Source: Arenicellales bacterium
GTDB taxonomy: Bacteria > Pseudomonadota > Gammaproteobacteria > Arenicellales > JAJDZL01
Direction: 5' to 3'
NCBI GenBank assembly: GCA_963666625.1
Contig: OY762925.1
Span: forward strand, 3,541,748-3,605,747
Length of the DNA: 64,000 bases
The notes under the pieces are model-generated. The model searched no databases and was not told where the DNA came from. It saw only the letters and a list, made by a program, of their open reading frames with translations. Shown here one piece after another: positions 34,718-44,865 of this stretch. Each line of letters opens with the position of its first letter. Position 1 is the stretch's first letter. The position numbers were made by a program, and so were the translations under genes.

Positions 34718-34840
34718 AATAGAATATTTCAATAGTCAGTATAGGGATATATTTCATTTTTGCAACATTCATCCACTCACTTAGGCAAAATAGCAGTCAA
34801 TGACAGCGATTTTGTTGCATACTTGCTTCATCAACCAGCT

Positions 34841-35320
34841 CTAATTGTAAGAAGAAGTGTCCCTAGCCTGATCGCGTTCGATATCCCGCGCCTTTATCGA
34901 CGCTCGCTTGTCGTACTGCTTCTTGCCTCTTGCCAGTGCAAATGCCAGCTTGACTTTACCGTTGCTCCAATAGAGCTGAGTCGGAATTATCGAATAGCCC
35001 TTACGCTCCACCGCGCCGATCAGTCGATTGATCTCCAGTCGATGCAGTAACAACTTGCGGTTTCGTGTCGGATTGGCTACTTCATGAGTGGAGGTGGACT
35101 TACCAGGCGAAACGTGCGCCCCGACAAGAAAAAGCTCACCGCCTTTCGCAGTGATATAGCTTTCTTTCAGATTCGCCCGATTCTCTCTCATACTCTTGAC
35201 TTCCCAGCCATTGAGAACGATGCCAGCCTCGTATCGGTCCTCCAGATGGTACTCGTACGACGCCTTCCTGTTGGTGGCGATGATGTGAGCGGATTCTTTG
35301 GAATTTTTCTTGCGCGCCAT
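34841..35320 (-). CDS. smpB: SsrA-binding protein
   Basis: 159 aa. IATNRKASYEYHLEDRYEAGIVLNGWEVKSMR and NPTRNRKLLLHRLEI blocks. It lies directly upstream of ssrA on the same strand. Confidence 0.95.
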   Translation of the reverse strand: MARKKNSKESAHIIATNRKASYEYHLEDRYEAGIVLNGWEVKSMRENRANLKESYITAKGGELFLVGAHVSPGKSTSTHEVANPTRNRKLLLHRLEINRLIGAVERKGYSIIPTQLYWSNGKVKLAFALARGKKQYDKRASIKARDIERDQARDTSSYN

Positions 35321-35334
35321 GACTGTATCCCTTG

Positions 35335-36357
35335 TCAGGAACGTCTTCTTCCCCCGCGTTTTCGACTCGACTTTTGTGGTGCGGTATCGAACACCTCCCC
35401 CAAAAGTTCTGTAACATCAGCTACTGTCGGCCGTATACCGGGCTGATATCTGTCGATGGCGTCTCGCATGCGTTTGACATGCTCTACGCGCGTTCCGCAG
35501 CAACCCCCGACGATCTTCGCTCCGGCATCACACGCAATTCTCGCATAGTCAGACATCTGCTTCGGTGAAGCGGTATATCTGATTCTTGTTCCCTCCCACA
35601 CCGGTATACCGCAGTTTGCTTTGGCAACATACACAAATCTCTCAGGCAAAGCTACAACCATTTCCATCGCGGCAGCCACCGTCTGTGCTGGACCTACACC
35701 ACAATTCGACCCGACAGCAAACGGTTGGCGAAATTCAAGCTGCGAACAAATCTCAGCGAACCGAGCTGGTGTGATCCCCATCATCGTACGTCCATTGGTA
35801 TCAAAACTTCCTGTACACGCGTACGGCAAATTCGTACAGCTTGCACCTTGCGCGGCTGCTGTCAGCTCCTCTTCCGAAGAAAGTGTCTCAATCCACAAGA
35901 GATCACAACCTGCGCGCTCGAGTGCCATTGCCTGCTCGGTGAACGCTTCAACCGCATCATCCATACCCAGAGTCCCCACCGGTTCGATCAATTCGCCCAG
36001 AGGCCCCATTGATCCCGCCACGAACACTTTTCGGTCCGCCTGGTCTGCAGCTCGTCCGGCAATTTCTGCCGCTTTTTCATTCAATTCTGATACCCGATGC
36101 TCGCTGGCGTGAAGTTTGAGACGCATCGCATTCGCTCCGAATGTATTGGTAAGAACCACATCGGAGCCTGCTTCTATAAAGCCGAAATTGAGTTGAAATA
36201 CTCGTTCGGGAAATTCGTCATTCCAAATTTCTGGCGCGTCTCCGGATACCAATCCCATATCAAACAGATTGGTACCCGTAGCTCCATCCATCAGGACAGG
36301 TCGCTCATCCAATACTTCTTCAAAAGAGCTGTTGCTAATTTTGACTTCCGTACTCAT
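35335..36357 (-). CDS. Homocysteine S-methyltransferase family protein (MetH N-terminal-domain / BHMT-like)
   Basis: LMDGATGTNL, SDVVLTNTFGAN, and C-terminal GGCCGT zinc-binding block. Start set at MSTEVKI; the ORF-track start is 36387. Confidence 0.75.
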   Translation of the reverse strand: MSTEVKISNSSFEEVLDERPVLMDGATGTNLFDMGLVSGDAPEIWNDEFPERVFQLNFGFIEAGSDVVLTNTFGANAMRLKLHASEHRVSELNEKAAEIAGRAADQADRKVFVAGSMGPLGELIEPVGTLGMDDAVEAFTEQAMALERAGCDLLWIETLSSEEELTAAAQGASCTNLPYACTGSFDTNGRTMMGITPARFAEICSQLEFRQPFAVGSNCGVGPAQTVAAAMEMVVALPERFVYVAKANCGIPVWEGTRIRYTASPKQMSDYARIACDAGAKIVGGCCGTRVEHVKRMRDAIDRYQPGIRPTVADVTELLGEVFDTAPQKSSRKRGGRRRS

Positions 36358-36533
36358 CTCAGCATCAATATTCCGACACCAGCGCAAGCCAGCGCCAAGT
36401 CTTACGTGAAAGAGTCCTCGACAATGAGTTGTCGATAACGCGGAGTATATAATCTAACCTCACATGTACATAATAATGTTGAATTGGCATGTCACGATAA
36501 TTTTTCGCGTTCTATTATCGAAGAAAAAATTTC

Positions 36534-36959
36534 ATGACTGAAATACTTTGCAAAATGAACAGAGCAACCAGGTTCATCCTGATGCTTGCCTGTCTTTCGT
36601 TTGCTCATACCCTTTCAGCCGAATCGAACAGTGAACTGGTTATGTTCGACGATGAATATTGCAGCTGGTGCAGGCAATGGGAGGAAGATATCGGGGTAAT
36701 CTATCATGTCACTCCGGAACATTGTCAGGCACCGCTGAAGAAAATCGAGATGGGTGATGCCCTGCCGGATTCGATTTCCCTCAAGGAGCCTGTCGTATAT
36801 ACACCCACGTTTGTCCTTTTCGTCCATGGAAAGGAGGTTGACCGCATAGTTGGCTACCCGGGTGAAGATTTTTTCTGGTCAATGCTGGGGGACATGATCA
36901 ATAAAGGCCTTCCAAAAAATATTCAAATCGAAAACGCCGACAGATGTAAAAATACCTAA
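36534..36959 (+). CDS. Secreted thioredoxin-fold protein with CxxC motif
   Basis: Signal-like N-terminus (MNRATRFILMLACLSFAHTLSA), then FDDEYCSWCRQWEEDIG and TPTFVLFVHGKEVDRIVGY, typical of thioredoxin-like proteins. Confidence 0.55.
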   Translation: MTEILCKMNRATRFILMLACLSFAHTLSAESNSELVMFDDEYCSWCRQWEEDIGVIYHVTPEHCQAPLKKIEMGDALPDSISLKEPVVYTPTFVLFVHGKEVDRIVGYPGEDFFWSMLGDMINKGLPKNIQIENADRCKNT

Positions 36960-37007
36960 TACCACCCTCCGACTGATCGCACAACTATCCTCATCCATCG
37001 CAACGAT

Positions 37008-37460
37008 ATGCCCAATGTTCGAAAATCGGCCATTGTAGGATTCACATGTGAACAGATGTATTCACTTGTAACCGATGTCAGATCATACCCACAATTTATC
37101 AACTCGTGTACTGGCAGCAAGGTCAATCAAGTTCACGAAGATGGCTATACAGCAACATTGGAATTCTCGTACTCGCGGGTAAAGAAAAAATTCACAACTC
37201 GAAATACGGCTGTTCCACATTCGGAAATTTCGATGTCTCTGGTTTCCGGACCATTCAAAGAACTGAACGGCCTCTGGAAATTCATTGAACTTGGAGAGAA
37301 CGCATGCAAGGTGGAATTCGAAATTACATACATCTTCAAGTCTTCTCTCATTGAAAAAGTCAGCGCACCTTTGATGAATCATATTTCAGAGACAATGGTC
37401 AGTTCGTTCTATGAAGAAGCGAAAAGAAAATACGGCGGACAACCGACAAATCAGAATTGA
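37008..37460 (+). CDS. ratA: SRPBCC-family protein RatA/PasT (COQ10-like)
   Basis: 150 aa. MYSLVTDVRSYPQFI and GPFKELNGLWKF blocks. Conserved gammaproteobacterial neighbourhood with rnfH and smpB-ssrA. Confidence 0.75.
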   Translation: MPNVRKSAIVGFTCEQMYSLVTDVRSYPQFINSCTGSKVNQVHEDGYTATLEFSYSRVKKKFTTRNTAVPHSEISMSLVSGPFKELNGLWKFIELGENACKVEFEITYIFKSSLIEKVSAPLMNHISETMVSSFYEEAKRKYGGQPTNQN

Positions 37461-37737
37461 GGTGGCTTTTGCCACCCCGACGCAGCAGAGAGTTGTCTGC
37501 CTTGATGTCAATGAGAAGACCACCGCCAGACAAGCAGTCAATCTCTCTGGGTTGGCGGATTTGTTTCCCGGATACGATCTTTCGAACGCGACAATCGGAG
37601 TATTCGGTAAGACGGTACCCGAAGACCACATTCTGGCTGAGCAGGACCGTGTGGAAATCTACCGGCCCTTGCACCAGTCGCCGACAGATGCCAGACGCAA
37701 AAGAGTCAAAGCCGCACAGAACAGAAAAAATCGATAG
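37411..37737 (+). CDS. rnfH: RnfH-family ubiquitin-like protein (RatB/YfjF)
   Basis: IRIEVAFATP...VGVFGK...QDRVEIYRPL...DARRKR matches the RnfH family. The ORF-track ATG overlaps ratA by 50 nt, so the true start is uncertain. Confidence 0.7.
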   Translation: MKKRKENTADNRQIRIEVAFATPTQQRVVCLDVNEKTTARQAVNLSGLADLFPGYDLSNATIGVFGKTVPEDHILAEQDRVEIYRPLHQSPTDARRKRVKAAQNRKNR

Positions 37738-37741
37738 TCGA

Positions 37742-39385
37742 TCATGATTCGCTATCCTGCTCCCTCGCGCGCAGCTCGTTTCGTTTTACTTTACCCGTTG
37801 TGGTCAATGGAAGATCGTCAATGTACTCGATGATTCTTGGATACTCGTATGCAGCAAGCTGTTTGCGTACGGAATTCCGAATGTTCTCGGTCAATTCTTC
37901 TGAAACCCGCTCACCCTGCTTGAGAACAACAAAAGCCTTGACAGCCTCCCCGCGCAATTCGTCCGGAACTCCGATCACCGCAACTTGCGCTATCGCTGGA
38001 TGCTTCAACAGACAGTCCTCAATTTCACCGGGACCGATCCGATATCCGGCACTTGAGATGACATCGTCCTTGCGGCCGACAAACCAGATATATCCATCTT
38101 CATCCCTGTAACCGGTGTCGCCCGTCACCCACCACTTGCCGACATATTTTTCCTGAGTGGCTGCCTCATTCTTCCAGTATCCGGTGACCATCACAGGATC
38201 ATCTCTGTTCGCAGCCAGTTCTCCGATCTCACCGACTTTGACGACGTTACCCTCCTCATCAATCGGCTCAACGGAATGACCTGGATAACTCTTTCCGATA
38301 GAGCCGGCACAGACAGGCATGATCTCAGCGCAGTTTCCACAGATGTAGTTGAACTCAGTCTGCGCCCACATCTCATTGATCTCGATACCAAACGCTTCCT
38401 GTCCCCAATAGTACAGCTCCGACCCCAACGACTCACCGGCCGACATGATCGATCGCATGTTGATGTCGTAACCCTCTCGCATGTCGGGCACTTGTCGCAA
38501 CATTTTCAAGGCTGTGGGAGGAATGAATGCATTTCGAACTTGATATTTCTCCAGCAGACGACATGATTTTTCCGGATCAAACTTTCCTCCGTCATACCCC
38601 AGTACCGGAACTGCGTAATACAGGGAAGGTATCAACGCATCAAGCAGACCGCCGGTCCAAGCCCAGTCAGCAGGTGTCCAGAATAGGTCTTCTTCCCGAG
38701 GAAAGAAATTGTGTGACATCTCAAAACCGGTGAGATTGCCGATCAGGCATCGATGCGGAGCAAGTGCGCCTTTCGGAGGACCTGTAGTACCGGACGTATA
38801 TACCAGATAAGCGGGATCTTCGGATTTCGTGTTTACCATCTCGAATTCATCGCTGGCTTTGTCCAGAGCTGACCAGAATCCACTGTCAGCATCACAATCT
38901 ATGATGGTTTCCAGTTCCGGCAACTGATCGCGTATGGATTCGAGAAGTTCAAGATGTTCGGTGTCTGTGATAACAACCTTCGTTCCACTGTTGTTCAACC
39001 GGTAACCCACTGCTTCCGGTCCGAACAGGACCGACAATGGCAATGCGATCGCGCCGAGTTTATAGATTCCCATGTGTGAGATCACAGTCTCCGGCCGTTG
39101 AGGGAGAATGATCCCCACCCTGTCGCCCTTTTCGACTCCGAGAACGCTCAACACGTTCGCCAGGCGATTGGATAGACGCTTGAGCTGGAGAAAAGAATAT
39201 CGGCTCTCCTTCCCAGCCCTATCCTCACAGTAAATGGCGATTCTGTCCCCGTCTGTTTCCGCGTGGCGGTCACAGGCAACATAGGCGATATTGAAATGCT
39301 CCGGGATATTCCACTTGAACCGCGCTCGAATGGCATCCCAATCACCCCATTCGGGACGAATCAGTCTTAAGTGATCAGTCTTCAT
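37742..39385 (-). CDS. AMP-forming acyl-CoA synthetase/ligase
   Basis: 547 aa. AMP-binding motifs LVYTSGTTGPPKG, WAQTE, GDTGYRDEDGYIWFVGRKDD and C-terminal TTTGKVKR. Confidence 0.85.
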   Translation of the reverse strand: MKTDHLRLIRPEWGDWDAIRARFKWNIPEHFNIAYVACDRHAETDGDRIAIYCEDRAGKESRYSFLQLKRLSNRLANVLSVLGVEKGDRVGIILPQRPETVISHMGIYKLGAIALPLSVLFGPEAVGYRLNNSGTKVVITDTEHLELLESIRDQLPELETIIDCDADSGFWSALDKASDEFEMVNTKSEDPAYLVYTSGTTGPPKGALAPHRCLIGNLTGFEMSHNFFPREEDLFWTPADWAWTGGLLDALIPSLYYAVPVLGYDGGKFDPEKSCRLLEKYQVRNAFIPPTALKMLRQVPDMREGYDINMRSIMSAGESLGSELYYWGQEAFGIEINEMWAQTEFNYICGNCAEIMPVCAGSIGKSYPGHSVEPIDEEGNVVKVGEIGELAANRDDPVMVTGYWKNEAATQEKYVGKWWVTGDTGYRDEDGYIWFVGRKDDVISSAGYRIGPGEIEDCLLKHPAIAQVAVIGVPDELRGEAVKAFVVLKQGERVSEELTENIRNSVRKQLAAYEYPRIIEYIDDLPLTTTGKVKRNELRAREQDSES

Positions 39386-40693
39386 CTACCAATACCGTAT
39401 AGCGGCAGAATACATCTGCTGCAAATCTTCATGTGAAACCTCACAAGGTGCATTGCCGAGCAACCGTTGTTGCATGTACGCACCATCCGCCAGATCAGGT
39501 ATATCGGAATTATCATAACCGACTTCCGATATTCCGTTTGGCATATCGGTCACTCTCATCATGTTCTCCAAATGTTCGGACAGCACTTCACCCGCCTCAA
39601 CGGGACTTGTATCGTCGATATCCGCACCGAGCAATTCGCCCGCCTCCAGATGCCTCCTGTGATTTGCAGATCCTGTGAATCGAAAGGCTGCGGGTGCGTT
39701 GACGATCACCGAAATTCCGTGGGGAACCAAGGGATGTCCCGACGGATAGCCATCCGGACAGAAGTCTCTCACCAGTCCTGCAACAGAATAGGACATTCCG
39801 TGTGGAATATGAACACCACTATTGCCGAATGCAATGCCCGCCAGGGTCGCCGCAAGCATCATTCCGTGACGTGCCTCGTTATCCTGATGGTCTTGTACTG
39901 CACGAACCAGGTACTCACCGGTAAGGCGCAGTGCCTCCCTGCACCCCATGTCACTGTATGGATTGGATCCCTGACTCAACGGACGCACACCGGATTCGGG
40001 ACACGGTCGCTGTGTATACGGCTTCGCTGTATAGGATTCAAGGGCATGACACAAAACATCAAATCCGCTTGCTGCAACCACATTGGCCGGCAATGATGCC
40101 GTTACCACTGGATCGATCACGGCTCTCGCCGGTTTCAGTCGAGCCGAGGCGATTCCTGTTTTAACCTGTTTCGAAAGAAGGTCGAAAACTGCGATTCCAG
40201 TGCATTCACTACCTGTTCCAGATGTCGTTGGACACGCAATATGAGGTTTCAACTCACCTGGAATCGGGATCCCCTCCCCCACAGGCGCATTCACATAATC
40301 CAAAAATTCTGCGGGATAGGTACTGTACAAATTGGCGGCTTTACAGGTATCGATAACAGATCCTCCACCGATTGACACAAACCCGTCAAAAGGTCCCTCC
40401 TCTGTCGCAAACCGCGCAGCTCCCAGAAACGACTGGTCGGTCGGTTCGACACTCACCTCATCATAAATCTCAAAGTCAATATGGGCTGCATGCAATAGCC
40501 GGATCGCGTTCTCTACAGGTTCCAGCTTCCTGACAATTGAATCCGTAAACAATGCAATCCTCGACAGGCCAAGGGTTCCGATTTCGAATGGAATTTCCTC
40601 CAGCGCACCCGGACCATACTTGATCGGGTTGAAATCCACCGTAAATATGGACTCGTTTCCCTCAATGAACTGATAGTGATGACAGCATCCCAT
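39386..40693 (-). CDS. Iron-containing alcohol dehydrogenase (hydroxyacid-oxoacid transhydrogenase-like)
   Basis: 435 aa. GGGSVIDTCKA, ACPTTSGTGSE, and His-rich metal site (HALES..., HIPHG). Confidence 0.8.
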   Translation of the reverse strand: MGCCHHYQFIEGNESIFTVDFNPIKYGPGALEEIPFEIGTLGLSRIALFTDSIVRKLEPVENAIRLLHAAHIDFEIYDEVSVEPTDQSFLGAARFATEEGPFDGFVSIGGGSVIDTCKAANLYSTYPAEFLDYVNAPVGEGIPIPGELKPHIACPTTSGTGSECTGIAVFDLLSKQVKTGIASARLKPARAVIDPVVTASLPANVVAASGFDVLCHALESYTAKPYTQRPCPESGVRPLSQGSNPYSDMGCREALRLTGEYLVRAVQDHQDNEARHGMMLAATLAGIAFGNSGVHIPHGMSYSVAGLVRDFCPDGYPSGHPLVPHGISVIVNAPAAFRFTGSANHRRHLEAGELLGADIDDTSPVEAGEVLSEHLENMMRVTDMPNGISEVGYDNSDIPDLADGAYMQQRLLGNAPCEVSHEDLQQMYSAAIRYW

Positions 40694-40736
40694 TCTTTTT
40701 GACTAGATTCCTGAATCGAAGTGTGTCGGTAGCAGG

Positions 40737-42023
40737 CTATTTCTGTGATATTGCTAGAGCCTGATCCAAATCCCAGAGAATGTCCTCAATCGTCTCAAGC
40801 CCAACCGAGATTCTGATCATGTTCGGTTGCACGCCAGCGGCAATCTGGGCTTCCTCGTCCAGCTGCCTGTGGGTCGTCGAGGCCGGATGTACAACCAGTG
40901 TCTTGGCATCCCCCAAATTGGCGAGATGACTCAGGAATTGTACCGACTCAATAAACTTGACACAGGCTTCATACCCACCCTTGATCCCAAAACTCAAGAT
41001 TCCGCTGGCTCCCTTGGGCAGGTATTTTTTAGCCAACTCGTAATATGGACTGGATTCGAGACCCGGATAATTCACCCATTCAACACTTTGATGATCTTCA
41101 AGAAATCGGGCGACCGCCATAGCATTAATGCAGTGCCGGTCCATACGTACTGGCAGAGTTTCAACGCCCTGCAGAAACAGAAAGGAGTTGAACGGACTGA
41201 GTGTCGGACCGAAAGTACGCAGAATCTCACAGCGCGCTTTCATCGTATAGCCAAAATCTCCGAAAGTTTCGTAGAAACGAATTCCGTGATACCCTTCAGA
41301 GGGATCCATCATCGTAGGAAATTTCCCGTTGTCCCAGGGGAATTTACCGGATTCCACCAGAACACCCCCGATCGAGGTGCCGTGACCACAGATGAACTTG
41401 GTTGCCGAATGTACTGTAATGTCTGCACCATGATCAAATGGACGGCAAAGATAAGGCGTGGCAACCGTATTGTCAACAATAAACGGGATGCCATTGGCTT
41501 TGGCAATTTCGGAAACCGTCTCGAAGTCCACGACATTGTTCGCCGGATTGCCTATGGACTCTGCGTAGAGGCACTTGGTCTGCGGCGTAATCGCCTTCTG
41601 GAAATTATCCGGGTCGTCAGCATCGACGAACTGAGCCTTGATCCCAAGCTTGCGAAAATTGAATGCAAACTGTGTGTGGGTTCCACCGTACAGTGTGTTG
41701 GAGGAGACAATCTCGTCACCCGCCTCCAAAATTGTCAATAACGCCACCATTTGCGCCGCCATGCCGGAGGATACCGCGACAGCAGCACGACCGTTTTCCA
41801 ATGCCGCCATACGTTGCTCGAATACGGCATTGGTGGGATTCATCAGCCGCGAATAGATATTGCCGAACGTCTGTAAATTGAAAAGACTGGCGGCGTGGTC
41901 GGCTGAATCAAAGACATACGCTGCAGTCTGATAGATCGGTGCAGCCCGTGAGCCGGTCACCGGATCAGGCAACTGACCCGCATGCAGGCACAATGTCTCA
42001 ATACCAAATTCCCGATCTTGCAT
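40737..42023 (-). CDS. metY: O-acetylhomoserine aminocarboxypropyltransferase (sulfhydrylase), PLP-dependent
   Basis: 428 aa. ETLCLHAG, IYSRLMNPT, HSATKFICGHGTSIGG (PLP lysine) and RISVGLE end block. Confidence 0.85.
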   Translation of the reverse strand: MQDREFGIETLCLHAGQLPDPVTGSRAAPIYQTAAYVFDSADHAASLFNLQTFGNIYSRLMNPTNAVFEQRMAALENGRAAVAVSSGMAAQMVALLTILEAGDEIVSSNTLYGGTHTQFAFNFRKLGIKAQFVDADDPDNFQKAITPQTKCLYAESIGNPANNVVDFETVSEIAKANGIPFIVDNTVATPYLCRPFDHGADITVHSATKFICGHGTSIGGVLVESGKFPWDNGKFPTMMDPSEGYHGIRFYETFGDFGYTMKARCEILRTFGPTLSPFNSFLFLQGVETLPVRMDRHCINAMAVARFLEDHQSVEWVNYPGLESSPYYELAKKYLPKGASGILSFGIKGGYEACVKFIESVQFLSHLANLGDAKTLVVHPASTTHRQLDEEAQIAAGVQPNMIRISVGLETIEDILWDLDQALAISQK

Positions 42024-42032
42024 GATTCTCCC

Positions 42033-42506
42033 TCACACGATCCAGCGTGGACGATCCGAGGAGATGATCTTTGTATCCACACCGATGAAATTCAGTCCGC
42101 CGAATAATCTTGCATGCTCGATCTTGACGCATCGGTTGGCCACAATGTCCAATCCCGCTTCAAACGCCAGTCTGGCTGCCTCCTCGTTATAGATACCCAG
42201 TTGCATCCATAGCACCTTGGCATTCACTGCGACTGCAGACCGGGCAATCGGCAATACAGCATCCGAACGTTGAAACACATCCACAATATCGATCGGTTCC
42301 GGAATGTCCTCGACTGACGCATAACACTTCTCGCCAAGAATCTCGTCGTAATTCGGATTGACCGGAATCACGCGATAGCCATACTCCTGCATATATTTGG
42401 CGGCAAAAAAACTCGGTCGATACCAGCGCGCCGACAACCCGACAACAGCAATGGTCTTGTTTTGGCTGAGAATTCTTCTCAGTGATTGAATATCGTCGTT
42501 CAGCAA
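42033..42506 (-). CDS. CoA-binding domain protein (YccU/YneT family)
   Basis: 157 aa. TIAVVGLS...YGYRVIPVNP...IDIVDVF pattern typical of small CoA-binding proteins. Confidence 0.7.
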   Translation of the reverse strand: MLNDDIQSLRRILSQNKTIAVVGLSARWYRPSFFAAKYMQEYGYRVIPVNPNYDEILGEKCYASVEDIPEPIDIVDVFQRSDAVLPIARSAVAVNAKVLWMQLGIYNEEAARLAFEAGLDIVANRCVKIEHARLFGGLNFIGVDTKIISSDRPRWIV

Positions 42507-42535
42507 GGCTGTATGATACCCGTTCGACAGTTCCG

Positions 42536-43138
42536 TCAGCTCATGTTACCCAATTGAAAAAATTCTCCACTGCTCCAGACACCGAATTCCCGACGGTTGT
42601 TTCGCTGACGCTCCTCACCAAGTTCAACCAGCTGGTAGTACACATTCCTCGCGATCAACCCGCGCAAGCCATCGCGAACCTCAATATAGGGTGAGGGTTC
42701 CCCGTCTTCGGCAATTTCCACCCAAATCGGGTGGTCGTGATCTGCGGGCACGACATCGTCGTTCTTGGTCCTGAAATACAGCACCTGTTCTTTCCCCGAT
42801 CCCTTCTCTTCGACTTGCACAACCACGAATGGTGCGTCTTCCACATCGATTCGAAGTTTTTCAACAGGAGTAACCAAATAGTGTTCGCCGTCGTCATCCT
42901 TGCGCAACACGGTGGAAAACAGGTTCACGAGTCGTTTTCGTCCGATCGGAGAACCCATGTAAAACCATGTTCCGTCTCGGGCAATTCGTATATCAATATC
43001 ACCACACAGTTCAGGATTCCATTTGTGCACCGGTGGCAGACTCTTGTCTGAAATCTGTGAAACGAGACTGAAAGGATCTGTAGTTGAACTAACCATCAGA
43101 GCCTCTCGGTACCGGTCGCGGTCGACCATCCTCGTCAA
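42536..43138 (-). CDS. DUF1285-family protein
   Basis: WNPELCGDIDIRIARDGTWFYMGSPIGRKRLVNLFSTVL...YLVTPVEKLRIDVEDAPF matches the DUF1285 pattern as I recall it. The start may be the internal ATG at 43096. Confidence 0.55.
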   Translation of the reverse strand: MTRMVDRDRYREALMVSSTTDPFSLVSQISDKSLPPVHKWNPELCGDIDIRIARDGTWFYMGSPIGRKRLVNLFSTVLRKDDDGEHYLVTPVEKLRIDVEDAPFVVVQVEEKGSGKEQVLYFRTKNDDVVPADHDHPIWVEIAEDGEPSPYIEVRDGLRGLIARNVYYQLVELGEERQRNNRREFGVWSSGEFFQLGNMS

Positions 43139-43484
43139 TGGCTACGAACGTGAACAGACCTTCGGTTACCTTCTCGTATTTTTCAGAATTCCTGCGTCGT
43201 ACCCAGGTTTCCACCATGACTGCGATGGATGTATTTCCAATTCTGACAGTCTCACAGTGACACGAAACAACATCACCGACATAGACTGGCAGGTGAAAGC
43301 TCATTCCATCGACAGCAACAGTTGCAACACGTCCTCTGGCTACCTCGTAGGCGTGAATACCACCTGCGATATCCATCTGCGACATGATCCAGCCTCCGAA
43401 AATGTCTCCACTTGGGTTGGCACTGGCTGGCATCGCGACAGTTCGAAGCGACGCAGGTTTCGTATTAGGTGGCGTAGCGTTCAA
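43089..43484 (-). CDS. Acyl-CoA thioesterase, hotdog fold (YciA-like)
   Basis: 131 aa. PASANPSGDIFGGWIMSQMDIAGG and ATVAVDGMSFHLPVYVGD blocks. Confidence 0.75.
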   Translation of the reverse strand: MNATPPNTKPASLRTVAMPASANPSGDIFGGWIMSQMDIAGGIHAYEVARGRVATVAVDGMSFHLPVYVGDVVSCHCETVRIGNTSIAVMVETWVRRRNSEKYEKVTEGLFTFVAIDEDGRPRPVPRGSDG

Positions 43485-43525
43485 TGGGGCTGGACAGATT
43501 CGACCTCAGCAACTCCGTCATGCTG

Positions 43526-44764
43526 TCAGTCGTAGGTTCGGGCATCCTCGATGACAATGCCATCGTTGGCCAACGCACCGGGTTCCTCAAGCACAACATC
43601 TGCCCGGAGTTTACAGACTTCCCTTGCACATGAGACAATCTTATCAGTCAGCCCGTCCGGTCGCTCGGTAACCTCGCAATGCAACACCATGTTGTCCTGG
43701 TGGTCCTCACTCGACACGACCAATCTGGCTTTCTCAACCTCGGAACACCGCTTCACGATCTGTGCGACCTGCGAAGGATGTACGAACATACCCCGCACTT
43801 TTGTTGTCTGGTCAGCGCGTCCCATCCAACCTTTTATTCGTGTATTGGTTCTCCCACAGGGGCTTTGACCCGACATGATCGCTGACATATCGCCGGTTCC
43901 GAACCGAACCAACGGATAGTCTGGATTGATGACCGTCACCACCACTTCACCGACATTTCCTTCGGGTACAGGATCACCGGTTCCCGGACGAACAATCTCA
44001 ACGATCACACCTTCATCCAGGATCAACCCTTCCATTGCATCAGATTCATAGGCAATCAGACCGACATCCGCAGTCGCGTACGCCTGTTTCACCGAAACTC
44101 CGTGTCCATCGAGTTCCGAACGAAGTGATGGCGGAAGCGCCTCACCTGACACCAGCCCGATCCTCAGTGATGAAACATCCGCACCGGATGAAGCGGCGGC
44201 TTCCAGAATAATTTTCAAGAAAGATGGCGTACCGGTATAACCCTGTGGTCTCAAACGCTCAATGGCCTGGACCTGCAACTCGGTCTGTCCCACACCTGCC
44301 GGGAACACCGCTCCCCCCAGGACACTGATGCCACTTTCCAGCATCGCACCCGCCGGAGAGAAGTGATAGGAAAACGTATTGTGTACGAGCATCCCTTTTC
44401 GGAACCCCGCAGCAAATAGTGCCCGCGACATTCGCCACGAGTCCTCACGGGTTGTCTCCGGCTCGAAAATCGGCCCCGGAGATGCAAATATCCTGACCAA
44501 AGAATCAGGGTCGAAAGCCGTCATGCCACCGAATGGCGGAGAATTCTTCTGCAATTCAGCTAGTTCTGACTTACGGACAACCGGTAATTGTGCAAGCGCT
44601 TCTCGAGAATCAATTGAATCGATTTCCACATCTTGCAGTTGCTGCTGCAAAAAAGATGAGCGTGCTGACGCTTGTTTCAAGTGCTTCGGAAGAGCGACGA
44701 ACAATTCACGTTCGCGAACTTCAGGATTACGGGTTTCCAGGGAGTCGTAAAATTCAGAAGTCAT
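43526..44764 (-). CDS. Phenylacetate-CoA ligase family protein (PaaK-like adenylate-forming enzyme)
   Basis: 412 aa. SGEALP..., RFGTGD, and C-terminal ACT-like tail. It lies at the end of a Liv-type ABC transporter cluster, a common arrangement. Confidence 0.65.
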   Translation of the reverse strand: MTSEFYDSLETRNPEVRERELFVALPKHLKQASARSSFLQQQLQDVEIDSIDSREALAQLPVVRKSELAELQKNSPPFGGMTAFDPDSLVRIFASPGPIFEPETTREDSWRMSRALFAAGFRKGMLVHNTFSYHFSPAGAMLESGISVLGGAVFPAGVGQTELQVQAIERLRPQGYTGTPSFLKIILEAAASSGADVSSLRIGLVSGEALPPSLRSELDGHGVSVKQAYATADVGLIAYESDAMEGLILDEGVIVEIVRPGTGDPVPEGNVGEVVVTVINPDYPLVRFGTGDMSAIMSGQSPCGRTNTRIKGWMGRADQTTKVRGMFVHPSQVAQIVKRCSEVEKARLVVSSEDHQDNMVLHCEVTERPDGLTDKIVSCAREVCKLRADVVLEEPGALANDGIVIEDARTYD

Positions 44765-44865
44765 AATCTACTCCCAACACAACAATTTTCAGGCAGGAAT
44801 CTTTGCCCAACACTGATTAACAAATACCAGGTTGAGACTGTAAACTGGCAAGTGGCAAATCCGTC